Source of the DNA: Curvularia clavata
Lineage: Eukaryota
Assembly (NCBI GenBank): GCA_023920165.1
Contig: CP089278.1
Coordinates: forward strand, 930,001-994,000
Direction of reading: 5' to 3'
DNA length: 64,000 nucleotides
Part shown: piece by piece, positions 23,946-37,216 of the stretch
Position numbering within the stretch: position 1 is the first letter of the stretch
Layout: every line of letters begins with the position of its first letter
The notes under the pieces: model-generated
The model's database searches: none
Told to the model about the DNA's origin: nothing
The model's input: only the letters and a program-made list of their open reading frames with translations
Translations under genes and position numbers: made by a program

Positions 23946-25065
23946 ACGATACCGAAAGCAGAAGGTGTCAATATCCGGTACGGGAATACCGAGTAGTGAA
24001 GTCGTCACCAGCATCTTGAACATGGGGGTACTGCCAGCTTGCGCGGCCACAACGGCATCCAGACTTGAACCACAGTAGTTGCGGTGCAGTATATGTCACT
24101 GAAGATCAAAATGGCATCAAAAATCTTGCGTTTAGTCTTCTTCATTGACGTTCAGAAAAAAGCTGCAAAGTCAGCATGGTGACGACATTCAAGCTTTCGC
24201 CATGCTTCATGGATGCAGCCGAAATATCCGCGCCAAGTCCCGCGCGGGCGGCTAGCGCCCATCCTACCTAAAGCTTATCGTGCAAATGGCCATCTGATGC
24301 GACATGTGAGAGGCTAGGTCGCAGTCTCAACAGCGGCTGATGTAGAATGCTGTGTGACTCGGTGCAAAGTTTGGACGGATGACCATCTGCGTTTGTGGCG
24401 CAACAAAAGTGCGCTTAGTATGCAGCAAAGGGCTCAAAATGGGGCCTCAACGGACAACAGCGAAATCACCGAAGTTATCCCATTTCTCGGTCCAAGGAAG
24501 GTACGTAGGCGCCCAGCCTCATAAAACGGGTACGATGAACTACGCCGTCACTCCGTCAGACGATCTCGTTGTGGAGATGAGATAACGGTGCAGTTTGGGC
24601 CATGACTCTTGAGCAGCCGCCCCGAAGATAGTGTAGCGACAATCGCGGTTGCCTGTAACCGAATTTGTACAGTACATTTCCAAGAAGAGCGCCCCAGTGT
24701 CGCGCACAATTTACCTTAGTTGCTACTGTGTGCATGCTTTACATACATGGTCCGACATGGCCCCGGAACATGGGACTTTACTTCTGCACTCGCTCGTATA
24801 AATCGGACCGACGGGGAGCAGAGCTATGACACCGAGGGCCGAAGGCATTTGTCAGTGATGACAACTTTAACGACACGAACTGACAATTTGGCAACTTATC
24901 CTACATACTTTCCATGCATGAGTATTAGGCTCGCTTGATACGTGTGCTACCTACTACGTAGTGAAGGAAAAAAACGAGAGCATATTTGCATATTACTACA
25001 GGGTATCACGTAAAAGAAGGATAACAAAAAAGCTTGGCCAGCCACTCATCTTAGTATCACTCCAC

Positions 25066-26733
25066 CTACTTATTATCAGACGTTTTGATGCGCTCAAATG
25101 GCACCGAAGTTTTCTGGACACTCGTCGTCATCTGTCTGTGCGAGTTGACCCTATCCAACTCTGCAAACCAGTCATCCCCGTCGCTCCTCGCTAGACTGTT
25201 CGAACTCTGGTCCTCCTTGGCAGGAATCTGGTACAAATGGTGCGAGGAGTCTTGGCTCGGACGAGAGCCAAGCTCAGCAAATGGGTGATTGACCGTCGAG
25301 GCATTGCTAGCCTTACGTCCAGTGAAGCCCATACCCATGGGCCTGCCAATGGACGAGGTGGCACTGGTCTCTCGTGCGTGGTTGCTCTGGTTAAGCATCT
25401 CGCCCGATTTGCGATGAATGTGATCCGAAATCGTAGCTGTAACCATGCCCAACTTGCTGTCCCCACAGGGTGAACATTTTCTGTCAGTCAGACTGATGCC
25501 GCCATTTGAGTCGAAGCTCTCGTGTCTCGACACATCCTCGACACGTATTTCAACTTCGTTGACGACAAAGATTTTGTTGGTTGCAAGCGTTGCTATGGCA
25601 GGCCAGAATATCGGGATCGAGGCGGTAATGATGGCAAAGTTGACCTCGAGAACGGCGAAAAGGTATATAATGGGCGTGTGGAAGGTCATGTCCAAGACAG
25701 GCACTGTACCAGCGCGGTTGATCGTGAGTGCGATCAAGCGACCCATCGCCACCACTACTACACTATATTGAAGTTAGAATTGTCCTTTTGTTTTAGTAGC
25801 CATCAGATTTGCTCCACTTACATGAACCCTAATGTGAACAAACCCACCAGTCCCGCCCGGCTCTTACCTGCAATTCTCAACGGAGTGATGAATGGTACAG
25901 GGAGCAGCAGGACTATAGTATCAAGCAGGGAATTGCTGAGAGAATGTCCCAGAAACACGGGGTAGAACTGGTCAGGGTCTTTGGTACCCCAGCCAATACA
26001 TCTGCCTTCCAAACCTGGGTTCCAGTTTTTTGCAATGGGACGACATGAGAAGACTGCTAACAGGAAGAAGGTCAGGCCCCATATCGAACAAAGCACAATC
26101 ATACACCACGTAAGGCGTTTAGCTATGCGATAAACATAGGACGTTGTTGTCGGTGCGGCTTCGGCAAACAGGCGTAGATATTGAAAGAGGATGGCAAGTT
26201 TGATCAGTGTCGCACTGGCAGCATACGCGCAATTAGTCGAGTAAACATGCTGTTTCTGACGTCAGTATAAACTCATGGACATCATCAAAAGGATATGGTC
26301 GTACCCTAAAATATGCTACGAGATGCCTGCTGTCGAGTGTCCACAGGTGTAGACCTAGCCCATCGTCCGGCACTGGAGTACATTGGTCAGCTGGCGAATT
26401 TCTATCAGTCATGGAATATAGCATACTTAGACACACCAAAATATCGCCAACAAAACTCGCGGTACCAGCAAGAACGACAAATGCATCATCCCAGCCCCAA
26501 AGATGGTCCCTTATACGAACCCATAGCCGCAGACTCAAGGTGATGAATGCAACGCTCTGGTGATGGTTAGTGATTGAACAAAACAGGTCTTGACTGAACA
26601 AATGTCAGCTCATCCTACCTACCAGGAAAGCAATAGTGGTCCCTAAGACTGTAGCTGGCTGGTTTGATGTGGGTAGATTGGCGTTATCTGGGTGTTGTCG
26701 TGGGTCTGTTATCATGCTTACGCCGGCGTGCAT
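25066..26733 (-). CDS. Pth11-like integral membrane protein (fungal rhodopsin-like domain, no CFEM domain)
   Basis: Motifs LRLWVR...WGWDDAFVVLA, GLGLHLWTL, IKLAILFQYLRLF, CRPIAKNW, DTIVLLLPVP and LEVNFAIITASIP across several introns. Confidence 0.88.
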
Positions 26734-29700
26734 GGCTACTTGCTCGTAGCAGAGATGACGTGAAAGAAGGTGTTCGGAGGCGGTGTCGATTCACGTTCCA
26801 AAAGAGCGGCTCGTATGGGTAGTGATTAATTAGTTGCAACCAAACTCCCTTACATAGCTTAATCCTTTCTGGCCTGGCGCAAAGGTTTCAAGTCAAAGCA
26901 GAGCTAAACACTGCTTCAGTGGGGTCCGGATTGTACTAGCGAGCGAGGCTGAATCTAGAGAGGAGATGCAGTGTCCTAATAAGGTGCAACGAGTGGGCCC
27001 TGGGAGTCGACTGTCAATGTCATGACCTGCATACGTTACACACCACCCTGAGGCACATGGTTTAAACCCTGCTGTCCCGCATGGAGGATCAAAACTGGGT
27101 CATGCAGCCAAGGGCAGGGTGAATACTGTGCGAGTACAAACCCCTGCCACAGTGGCTGTAGTGGGTGGTCCCAAAGGGCTTACCACCACAGATGATCTTG
27201 AGACGCTACCCGCGGTCCCCGTTAACGTTTTTTCTTTAAGCTCCGTGTGCTAGTGCTCAAGCCAGTAGGATACTAGCAGTAATGCGTTTTGGATGGTGAA
27301 TGGGGAGTACTCTTAGGGTTGTCCGAAATGGGGGGGACTAGGCAACTTGGAACCGGCTCCTATCATTGGCAAACTGCCGACCATGGTCTAATCATACTCC
27401 ACCTGCTGAGAAAATTAGCCTTTGAGAAACGCATCGAGTTGGCGAGCTAGAAGCAGGGCGGATGCTGAAATGGCAAATGCTATTGGTACCCACGGAGAAG
27501 AATTGCTTCATGGACGCCTGAAACGCCATAGTTCTGAACTCTGTTCTGCAAGGAGCTGAACAAGCGCACTATTTTCTTGTTTTTTTTTCTACTTCTAATG
27601 CTGCAAGCTGTAGGCGACAGGTGTGCCGCAATGTCGCTTACCCCAAAAACAAAGAGCACAGGTCGACCCCTGGTCAGACAAGACAATGATGCTGGTGATA
27701 ACGTAGCTCTATAGCCAGGGGAGACTGCGTTGGAGATCAAATCCTTTGCAAGGCCGTTCCCGCTCGACGGCGCCTGCTGTACGCGGAACTGGGGTAGAGG
27801 TTGAAGTGCAAGGCCAGTTTATTCAGACCCTCGTGTTTGCGAGCTCGATGACTCGGGGGTCAACCCACTCTGGGGTCCACCAGTCTGAAGCGAGCAAGTA
27901 CCTCGACCAACCCCTGTCGTCAATGTTTCACTTTGTCGATCGCAAGTGAGGGGACGATCTCGGCCGTACCGGTACCGTACCGTATGACTAGACGAACGGT
28001 TCGCATTGCAAGCGTCTACTTGGGGCGGCCGGTGCCTGAACATAGCTCTCTAGATGCCTCTGGTGCGTACAGTTTGCCAGACCATCAGTCTGGCGTGCTT
28101 TTGGTGCGGCGGTATTTTTCCGGAGTGGACAAGACAGGGCTCTTGGGGCGGGCCGGCCAAGGCCCCTCAGTGTGCCGCTCTTGTCCCTACGACGTTAAAC
28201 CTCCTATTCGTCGCGACTGTGCCAGCCAGGGCCATACCGGGGGTGTAGTCCATTCGAGAAGATGCCTCGGGCCCAAGTCGGCAATCAAGGCCGTGATGCT
28301 TCCCACTACACCCACTGCATGCGGCCTACTTACACGGCGTTCGAAAGCGGTATGCATCTTCCCTGGGCTGTTATTACAGGCAAGTTGGCACCACAACAAG
28401 CAATGCCAGGCGCCTATACATACTGTATCGGGCCATGGCAGTGGAGAGAGCAGCCGTGGGCACGTGTCGCAGGCCTGTATGCCCGGCACCCATCAGTGAC
28501 GGCGCGGGCTCTCTGTCTCACGTCGCTCGTGAATTCCAACGTAATGTTGCCAGGGCATGCGTCTGGGTAATGTTAATGGCATCCGTCAGGAGGGGCAGTG
28601 AAACTATAGGGTGCAGGGGAGGCGTTGATGAGGGGACGATGATATACACGGTTCTCCTAGGGTAGGTGTGGCAAGAGCAGGCGAGTAAGATCAACAAGGC
28701 AGTTGAAAACGTTGCTGCATGGCTGGCGCGCACACGTCCCTCGCCTCTCCCAAAGCGTCTGACCTTCTGCAGACGCCGTGCAGCTATCACATTGCGTTGC
28801 TGTCACCATAACCGAAGCGAATCTTTCGTACCCGGGGGAACACCGCGAAGACGACCCAGAACATCTCTAACGTGGACCGCTAGCGCCTGCAACGTAGGTG
28901 ATGGCATTATCCTCGAAGTGGATACTTGCGGAATCACCAGTCCCATTTGACGTATAGCTTCAACAAGCAATTACTCATGGCTTCCTTGAGAACCGTCACA
29001 CTGCCAATGCTCCCCGTACCATGTATAGGACCGAACCACCGGGTCTCGTCCAACATCTGACCATGCATGTGAATGCATCATCAATACAAAAGAACCTGTC
29101 AAGAAAACCTCAATCTATACAGTACACCGATCGCCTTCTCTCATCTGGCCCATGTAGGATCCGGTGGACATGAGTGGACGGTGCCTTTTTGAGCAGCAGG
29201 TACAGATCTAAGCACGACAGTCTTACTCAGGCTGAGTCTAGGCACTGAACTTGGCGAAGACCTCCATGGCGAATACCGGCCCACGTCTTGCTTGTGAAGT
29301 CTTCAAACATCGCCGCGCGGCCTGCTCCGAAACAATCCTCACCCAATGTTCATGTTCATGCTACACACGCTCTCCGATCTTAACCACGTGGTGTTTGCTG
29401 AAACTTGGACCATGCAGGCGTTACCCTGAAGAGACGCTTTTCCGAAGCTCGCAGCTCGAACCCCATAAAAGCATCTCCACTGAGTGATGACTGACACGCA
29501 ATGTAATCTGGCCGTCATTCCCGCTCGACCCACAAGTCCCGTCGCGGCCGCAAATACGGTTAAGCCTGGGATTGCTTTTGTTATCGTATGTTCACGACTC
29601 GAAGAGCGTTAGCGTGCATGCAGCAACACACCATCTCGGACAAAGTAAAAGAAAAAAAAAAGAGGACCGCTAACCGGGTCTCCCGCTATCTGGTACCAAT

Positions 29701-31281
29701 TGGCTATATGCCAAGTGATTTTGATTGTCCTTGATCGATCTGTGCAGATGAAAAAGAATCGATCAATTCACTCAGCCAACACAACTCTGCATCGAGTCTC
29801 TAGACTTGGCAATGCATCTACTTTTTCCGTCTAGATTGAGCCAGGTGGCAGATTGAGGAGCCAGCTTCTCGAAAAGAGCAAAGATGACAATCTGTAGGAT
29901 GTCAGCTTCCGTAAAAAGATTGTTCAACACGAGAGGGGGCCAGGGTATCCAACCACGCATCTAGACCCCTCTGTCATTCACACAAACACAAGCTTAATCA
30001 AGACCACATCTCCACTAGATTAGGGAGTTTATGTACGCCCACGTGCGTGCACCCACGTGCTCGCACGGGTAAATGCCATCATCCTTCCTATCAATGGACA
30101 CAAAACACGCTTATGCCACGGCATCAGCCAGATACCCGAGAAGTGACTAAAGACGCGAAGGAACAACTCCCCCTCTGCACTTTTCCGCCAATACCGTTCA
30201 CAACGCTCAGCCGCACCTGACATACCCCCTCACCTCTCCCCTCCCCAGAAAGCAAGTACAATCATCGCCCGTAAAAACAAATACTCTCATCACTGCCTGC
30301 AAAAGCAAAGCAACAAGAAAGAAAAGAAACCCAGAGTACATGCACCTCGCCCGATATAGAGCCGTGCGCCACACGTTGAAAAGGCAAGTGGGCGAGGCCA
30401 ATTAGGCCACGCTACCTACCTATCTGATACATACCCATATACCGAGGTAAAATGCCACCGGTCTAGGCGTTATGTATGTGTGTACCTGACAGTGCCGCCA
30501 AATTTTCTGCATGCTGCAAGAATAGAATGTGCGTTCAAGTGTATCTCGTATTACCCCTCTCCTCCCCTCATGCTCTTGGATGTGGCACGCGAGTCTTTAC
30601 TGTGGCTTTTCCCCTGCATGGCGCTAGGTGAGAGGGAAGCAGGGTGCGGAACGGGATGAGATAGAAGGTATAGATTGTGGCTGTTCAGATGAGTAGGGTC
30701 GCTGGGATTTAGAAGCGGGGTCTAGGAGGTGTGAGGGGATTTAGTGATATCTATAACGAGCCTCGAGGAGGGGAATCGGGTAAGTGAGGTTTGGCTGGAT
30801 AATCTACGGATTCTACTCGTGCCATTTGACGTACTGTCTTCTATGCAAAACTGCAAGGTAACACAGGTAGAAGTGTTTGAGAAAGACTAGTTGCTTCACT
30901 CGGCGGTGGACATGACACTGCGAGTGTTTCTCGTTACACTTTCCGTGACTACTGATGTGTATCTCTTCCACTATGTCATGATAAGAGCTGTCACATCTCG
31001 TATTCGGCAACGAACAGACCCAGTTTTTGGATACAAAAGTGGAACAAACGTCACACCTACAAAGCTCTAGCAACAAGGCCTCCAGTCTAGAGAGCTCTCA
31101 GGAACAAGGAAAGCAGAAGACGACCGAAAAGGGATCAGAACAGACATGTAACTGCAATTAAACAAAGTGTATCCATCTCACAAGCCATACTCAAAAGAGG
31201 CAGAATGTATCCACCTTTTTTCTCCAACACTCCGCATTTCCCGCGTCCACCTAAAGCACAGAAATCTTACATACCCTCTCT

Positions 31282-32173
31282 TCACGCAGTCTTCTTCCAC
31301 TGTGCCCACACTCCCAACAGCGAACTTGTGGTTCCAGCCAAGCCAACGATGCCATCATCCAGATCAACCCAGCCGAGCGCCGAACTGGGAATTGTGATAT
31401 CACACAAGTCGCTGATCAACTGAACCTTGACAGCATTGAGCTCCACCTGCAACTTCTTCGTCTCGACGACCTTCTCCGGGTCCGAGGACTGCGTGATAGC
31501 CTTGGAGCGCTGGAGCAAGTTGTAGTAAGAGTAGATGCCGGAAGCGATGGAGAAGGAGATTCCGGCGAACCAGGCACGGTAGCCTTCGCGGAGAAGACGT
31601 GGGGCAAAAGAGGATTTGCGGATAGCGGTTGCGTCGAGCTGAAACGTTCACATGTTAGCACAACGCCCCCAAAAAAACATGCCGCAGAACTCGGTATAAT
31701 ATCTGGGCAAGAATAAAAAAAGAGAAAACGTACCACGCAAGCATTGTCGCAAAGCATGTAGAATGCGTATCCCAACTGCCTTCCAATGGCCGTGAACCTC
31801 AGCACTGGATCCATGCTCTTTGCATCGCTGGCGATAGCCGCGGCCTTGAAGTGCTCAACAAACTTGCCCACGCGCATCAGCTTGCGCGTCTGGCCGAATG
31901 TCTTCTTGGTGGCATCGAAGGGCGCGATGGTCGATGCCGGGCGGTTGGTGCGGTACAGATACCATGCCAGGAAGCGCGAGAAGTATTGGAGGGTACGGAG
32001 CACCTTATCGCGCCCGACTGTTCTTATGTCAGATGGGATGAGAAAGACAGCCAGGCGGGCCAGATATAGTTTGTCCGCGAAAACCAACTACAGAAGAAAG
32101 ACATACCAGTCGTCGCGACAAACTTGAGGTAATGCGATACCGTAGGGTGGTACACTAGAGCGTCTGCAACCAT
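31282..32173 (-). CDS. PEX11: Peroxisomal membrane protein Pex11
   Basis: MVADALVYHP..., GRDKVLRTLQYFSRFLAWY, RKLMRVGKFVEH and C-terminal QWKKTA*. Introns at 32018-32106 and 31639-31733. Confidence 0.95.
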
Positions 32174-32204
32174 CTTGTCTGCTTCGCTGGATCCGAATAT
32201 CAGG

Positions 32205-32425
32205 CCGAGGAGATATCGCGAGGGCGAGAAGTCCAGCTCCAATCTGTAGTAGCGGAACGGGAGAGAATCTGGTAGAGGTAGAGAAGGAAGAGAGTCTGGG
32301 GCGGAGATATGTGGGTTGAGAAAGGGAACGTCTGGGGATGCGACCAGTGCGGAGCCCAGGTGCGGAAGCGTAGGGAGTCAGTCGGTCGCTGAACGTGATT
32401 GCCGGGGAAAACGCGACCACCTCGG
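32205..32425. promoter_or_regulatory. Two CCGAGG/CCTCGG FarA/FarB-type fatty-acid-induction motifs upstream of PEX11
   Basis: CCGAGG at 32205-32210 and CCTCGG at 32420-32425. This motif is the established FarA/FarB site of peroxisomal and fatty-acid genes in filamentous ascomycetes. Confidence 0.55.
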
Positions 32426-32892
32426 CAACTCGATCCACACGTCACATTATCGCGAGCGAACACGCTTAGGACGCTCGGAGCCATATTCGCAAAGACATGT
32501 GAACCTTGTGTCCGATTTTTTTTTACTGACGCACAGTTATTTGTGGATACAGCTGTTCTTCTTGTCACAACAGCCATCGCCATTACAGACGCTGCGGCAC
32601 AGTGTCGTGGAGCTCCAGATGCCTCTGTTTTGCTTGCTTGCGCTGACTCGTCACCAAGGAACCTTTCTGCATTCTCATGTTGGATGGAAGTATACATTCA
32701 TGAGCTCATTGCATTGATAAATTACAGAGATAGCATCTCTGGTTTTTATCCACCATGTGTAAAACCCTGAACCACAATTCCACTTAGCTTGCTCAATCCC
32801 ACCAGGACACCAGGACATTGCCAGGTGCAGATAACCTTTTCGCAGTCATAATAGATACAAACCAGACCACAAACGCCGATAATACTGTCCAT

Positions 32893-34272
32893 CTAGACCT
32901 TATAAAAACAGAAGGCATGGTAGAAGTCCGCCGCCTCCAACTCCTCCTCCGAAGTCAACAGTCGGCCTGTGGCACGATCCCTGACCTTCATGACCTCACT
33001 CAGTGGACCCAGGACTGGATCATCCTTTTGCTCCTCCCAAATCTCTCTGAATGGCTTACGGTACTGTAGTTCGAGATTGAAGTCTTCGGCCAGTGCTCGG
33101 AAGGCTTCCCACGGTACGACGTATTCAGGTGCCTCAACCGCTTCCGTCAGCCAATACGAGTACTTCCAACCATAGGGTGGACGGAACGTTCCATCTGGAG
33201 GTGTCTTGCCAGGGAACTTGACGCTGTAAATGCTGTTCCCGAAGCTGAATCCTTCGTCTTCAACTTCACCGTCCTCTTGTTCCTCCTTTGGCTGTTCCTT
33301 CGCTTCTGCCGGCTTATCGCCATTCTTGTGCTCCGTATCTGCAGGTTTGGGGCTATCGAGGCTTTTCTCGGGGTCCCAGTCGTCCTCATCGTCGCTTGCA
33401 AACGTTGGACGGTCATCATCGTCCTCGACATTGTCATTCACCTCTGGTGGTGCCGTGCCCTTGGCCTTGTGGTGCTCAATGACCTTTTGCGACAGGATAT
33501 CCGAGTTTGGAATGCAGCCAATGAACCGCCCTCCTTTCTTCAGGGCGCCAGCGACATTTCGCAACATGCCCCTGGCTTTGGTCTCGCTCTCAAATGCGTA
33601 GTGCATGCAGAACATCATTGTAACCATGTCCCATCCGCCACCCCCCCAGCGCTGGGCCATGGCATTTCCCGCGCCAGCGCCAGGATCAATGCCTACCTCC
33701 TTGATGATGGGTATGTCGCCCAGCCACTCTCCAAAACAGTCTTTTGCGTAGAACTCGCCGTGGAAAAGACGTCTATTCTTCCTCTGCATTTGAGCAAATC
33801 GATCTTTGGCCTGCCTGATCGACACGTCGGCAGGATCACAGCCTACATAGAGCTCGACCTTTCTCGACTTTTCCCATTTTCCCAAGTCACCGCCCTTTCC
33901 ACACCCGATATCCAGGATCTTGAGATTCCGCTCGTCGCCGATGAACTTGTGAATAATGGATGACTTGATCCAATTGTTGAAACTGCGCAGTCCTTTGATT
34001 TTGCTGTCTGTGTTGCGCCATTCGCGACCTCGCTCTGGAACCATGTTGTAATGCTGCTTGACGACATCGTGCACACCTCGTTGCGCAGCCTCCTCATGCG
34101 CCCTTCTGGCAGCTTCTTCTTCTCGCGCTTGCTGTCGCTTCCGAGCAGCCTCTCTGTCGGCGGCAGACACACGTGCACCTGCTCCAGGGCGCTTTCGTTG
34201 ACGGGGCGGTGATCTAGACGGTGATCTCGAGGGCGAGCGTGCGCGTTTGTTATTCTGAGTGACGCTCGCCAT
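32893..34272 (-). CDS. ABD1: mRNA cap guanine-N7 methyltransferase
   Basis: LRSFNNWIKS, SAM motif ILDIGCGKGGDLGKW, MFCMHYAFE and EYVVPW. Confidence 0.96.
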   Translation of the reverse strand: MASVTQNNKRARSPSRSPSRSPPRQRKRPGAGARVSAADREAARKRQQAREEEAARRAHEEAAQRGVHDVVKQHYNMVPERGREWRNTDSKIKGLRSFNNWIKSSIIHKFIGDERNLKILDIGCGKGGDLGKWEKSRKVELYVGCDPADVSIRQAKDRFAQMQRKNRRLFHGEFYAKDCFGEWLGDIPIIKEVGIDPGAGAGNAMAQRWGGGGWDMVTMMFCMHYAFESETKARGMLRNVAGALKKGGRFIGCIPNSDILSQKVIEHHKAKGTAPPEVNDNVEDDDDRPTFASDDEDDWDPEKSLDSPKPADTEHKNGDKPAEAKEQPKEEQEDGEVEDEGFSFGNSIYSVKFPGKTPPDGTFRPPYGWKYSYWLTEAVEAPEYVVPWEAFRALAEDFNLELQYRKPFREIWEEQKDDPVLGPLSEVMKVRDRATGRLLTSEEELEAADFYHAFCFYKV

Positions 34273-34684
34273 GATGTAGCTCGTTATGTAGTGTATTGAT
34301 TGGCGGCTTCTGTGTCCGACGCGTTCTTGAGCATGCGATGATTGTATGGAGTAGTGTGCTGAGCCAACCGAAGAATCGAGTCGAACTAGTATAGGGAATG
34401 GGGGAGGCAGTCTCTACCTAGTCCAGAAACACGAGCCAGGTGGAATAAAAGGAAGAAAGCAAGCAAGTCAGTGAGTAAAGGGACCCAAAAAGCCCAGGTG
34501 CGGCTGCTCTAGCTTTCCGCGAATCCATGGTTCAAGGGCCGTGCGCGAGCTTTACCTGCCTGCGGAAGTCCAGCGGCGGCGGGCTCGACACTCCCGTCAT
34601 CATATCAACATCGCCCACGACTCAACCCCGTCTGCTGTTGCCTCGCCACCACGTCACCCTCTCCATCTCACACGTACCACCACA

Positions 34685-36252
34685 ATGGGCGACCCGCAAT
34701 TCGCAAAGTATCCTGACCTCCAGCTGTCGCAGCAGATCTTCCAGCTCACAAATCCCGCCGCCTCGAAACAAGCGAAGCAAGCTGCTTTGAAGGCTGTTCA
34801 AGATGGCATCACCGAGAACAAGATGGCGCCGCTCTACCGGTACCTTGCACATCCGGTAGACGGTGTCCTTAATGCACAGGGGGAAGGAAGTGCGGACCAG
34901 CCGAGCAAGAACCGGAGACCTTCTGCGAGCTTAGCGACGATGCTTGCCACGCGGACCCCAACACTAGAAGTGCCACTACCTTGGGACGAGAAGCTGTACG
35001 AGAGCCTGAAAGCCGATTGTGAGAAGGAGTTGGAGGCGATACAGAAGGAGGAAGAAGAGGCAGAGGAGAAGGCAGGCGAGACTGAAGTGCAAGCCGCGCG
35101 GGGAAAGCGGGCAGAGCTGTACAACCGCATAGGCGACAAGGTATGTCGACGGAAAGCTTCTATACGGCAAGGGGATAGCGCTGACAACAATAACAGGATA
35201 AAGCCATCGCCAGCTATGAAGCCATCTTCGAGAAGACGGGCATTCTGGGTACTAAGATCGATCTCGTCCTTGCCATAATACGCATTGCGCTCTTCTTTGG
35301 CGACAGGATACTGGCCAAGAAGTCGATCGACCGCGCCAGCGCATTGGTAGAGAGTGGTGGTGACTGGGACCGTCGCAATCGTCTCAAGGCATACACTGGA
35401 CTGCACTACCTCACGGTCCGATCACACTCACAGGCTGCTCCCCTGCTGCTTGACAGTCTGTCAACCTTCACCAGCTACGAGCTGTGCAGCTACTCGAACC
35501 TTGTCGTCTACGCCATTCTTGCGGGCTCAGTGTCGCTCAAGCGTGTCGATTTCAAGTCCAAAGTGGTGGACGCGCCAGAGATCAAGGCGATTGTGGGCAC
35601 TTCGGAAGAGAAGCTTTCTGCCATTACAGGACAGGCTTCGGCAGGACCAGCAGCCGGCGACGAGGAGATGGCGGATGCATCAGGCTCAACAGCAACACCT
35701 ATGCCGACAGTCGTTAACCTTACCACACTGGGTGGTCAACAAGAACAAGAGGCGGCAGTAGACTTCTCCCCGCTGTCCAAGCTGGTCAAGAGCCTGTACG
35801 AGGGTGACTACAAGGGCTTCTTTGGTGCTCTTGGAGAAGTCGAGACCAACTTCTTGAGCCAGGATCGCTACATGTACGAGCACCGTGGCTGGTATGTGCG
35901 CGAGATGCGTCTGCGGGCCTACCAACAGCTTCTCCAGTCTTACCGTGTAGTGGGTCTGGAGAGTATGGCCAGAGACTTTGGTGTCACTGTCGACTTCCTC
36001 GACAAGTAAGTAACCTCTTTGTACACATGTTGTGCACACACGCTGACTACTATGACTAGGGACCTTGCTCGCTTCATCGCTGCGGACCGCATACCATGCA
36101 CCATTGACCGGGTCAAGGGCATCATCGAGACCAACCGCCCAGACGACAAGAACAAGCAATACGCAGACGTGGTCAAGCAGGGTGACCAGCTCATCACCAA
36201 GCTGCAGAAGTACGGCCAAGCCGTTCGGCTGAGGGGAAGCGAGCGTGGTTAG
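34685..36252 (+). CDS. RPN7: 26S proteasome regulatory lid subunit Rpn7
   Basis: GGDWDRRNRLKAY and YVREMRLRAYQQLLQSY (PCI domain). Introns at 35141-35196 and 36006-36059. Confidence 0.96.
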
Positions 36253-37216
36253 ACACGTGCCTTGACTAGGCTCATGTATAATGATGATGGGATAATCTAT
36301 GTATGCTTGGACGAAACCAGCGCAAAGACAGCTGTATAAAATACTAGAGTAAACAAGCGCGTCAACATGATGCCGATTCTGTGCTAGTCGTTACTGTGAA
36401 GGTTTCGGTGCCCGTGGTGCATTGCCCTATCTGCGACTTGCTTCGTAGCCCCGCTTATCTCCGCGTTGCAGGCCAGCGGGAAGGCGGCAGCGCGATGCGG
36501 TCAGATCGCATGGGATATTATATTTGTTTTTTGCCCCAAGATATCTAATGTCCATCACGCGCCCTGATTAGGCGTCGCTTTGTATCATCGCGAGACTCAC
36601 GCCCACACTACGTTGCTCGTCTCAGGCTCGATTCGACGCCTTCGGTCCCAGAGCCCACGCCCGGTGTGGGGTGGACATCGGCTCCAGCAGCGCCGCCGAT
36701 AAGCATCCAGGGTCCAGAAACAATGTCGCCGTCATCGGCATGGGCGCAGGCGTCTGCCCGTTCGATTTGCGCGGGTGCCAGCAGGGAGAGGCGGATGGGA
36801 GGCAGCGTGGGTTCACGAGGTATTTCGTTTTCCAGCCCTGTTTGTAATCCCGTCGGTCACCAGATACGATGCGGTAGTAGTACACGCCCGCACCGCGCCG
36901 CTGCCAACGAGGGGCTGCGTTTGTCGTGGGAGCACCACTAAGTATGAGTGGGGCACTACACGGCGCAGCATAAAAATATCGACTACTTCTTGACGCTTAT
37001 ATCTCCGACGGGTTTCGAGTGTGTCGCGGGAGCTAGCATCTCTTGCAGAAAAATAGTTTTTGCTCGAGTCATACTTTACTACCCAGACTTGTGCTCACCA
37101 CCTTAGTTCTCTCTAGGCACTTCTCATTCACCCCTCGCAACCTTCCACTTCTACTACCAACGTCACCGGTCCGACCCGCCCAATTCTCGTCGCACCATCC
37201 ACATACACGCACAGCC

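Noticed and set aside
27312..27321. TTAGGGTT as a possible telomerase RNA template (also GTTAGGGTTAG at about 3165)
   Set aside because: The match is short and no supporting pseudoknot is identifiable in the right orientation. The other copy lies inside the NMNAT coding sequence.
27903..27913. TCGACCAACCC, matching the end of the inverted-repeat arm
   Set aside because: Only 11 nt with no extension; compatible with chance.
28239..28315. GGGGGTGTAGT.. resembling a tRNA 5' end
   Set aside because: No properly placed T-loop and no cloverleaf.
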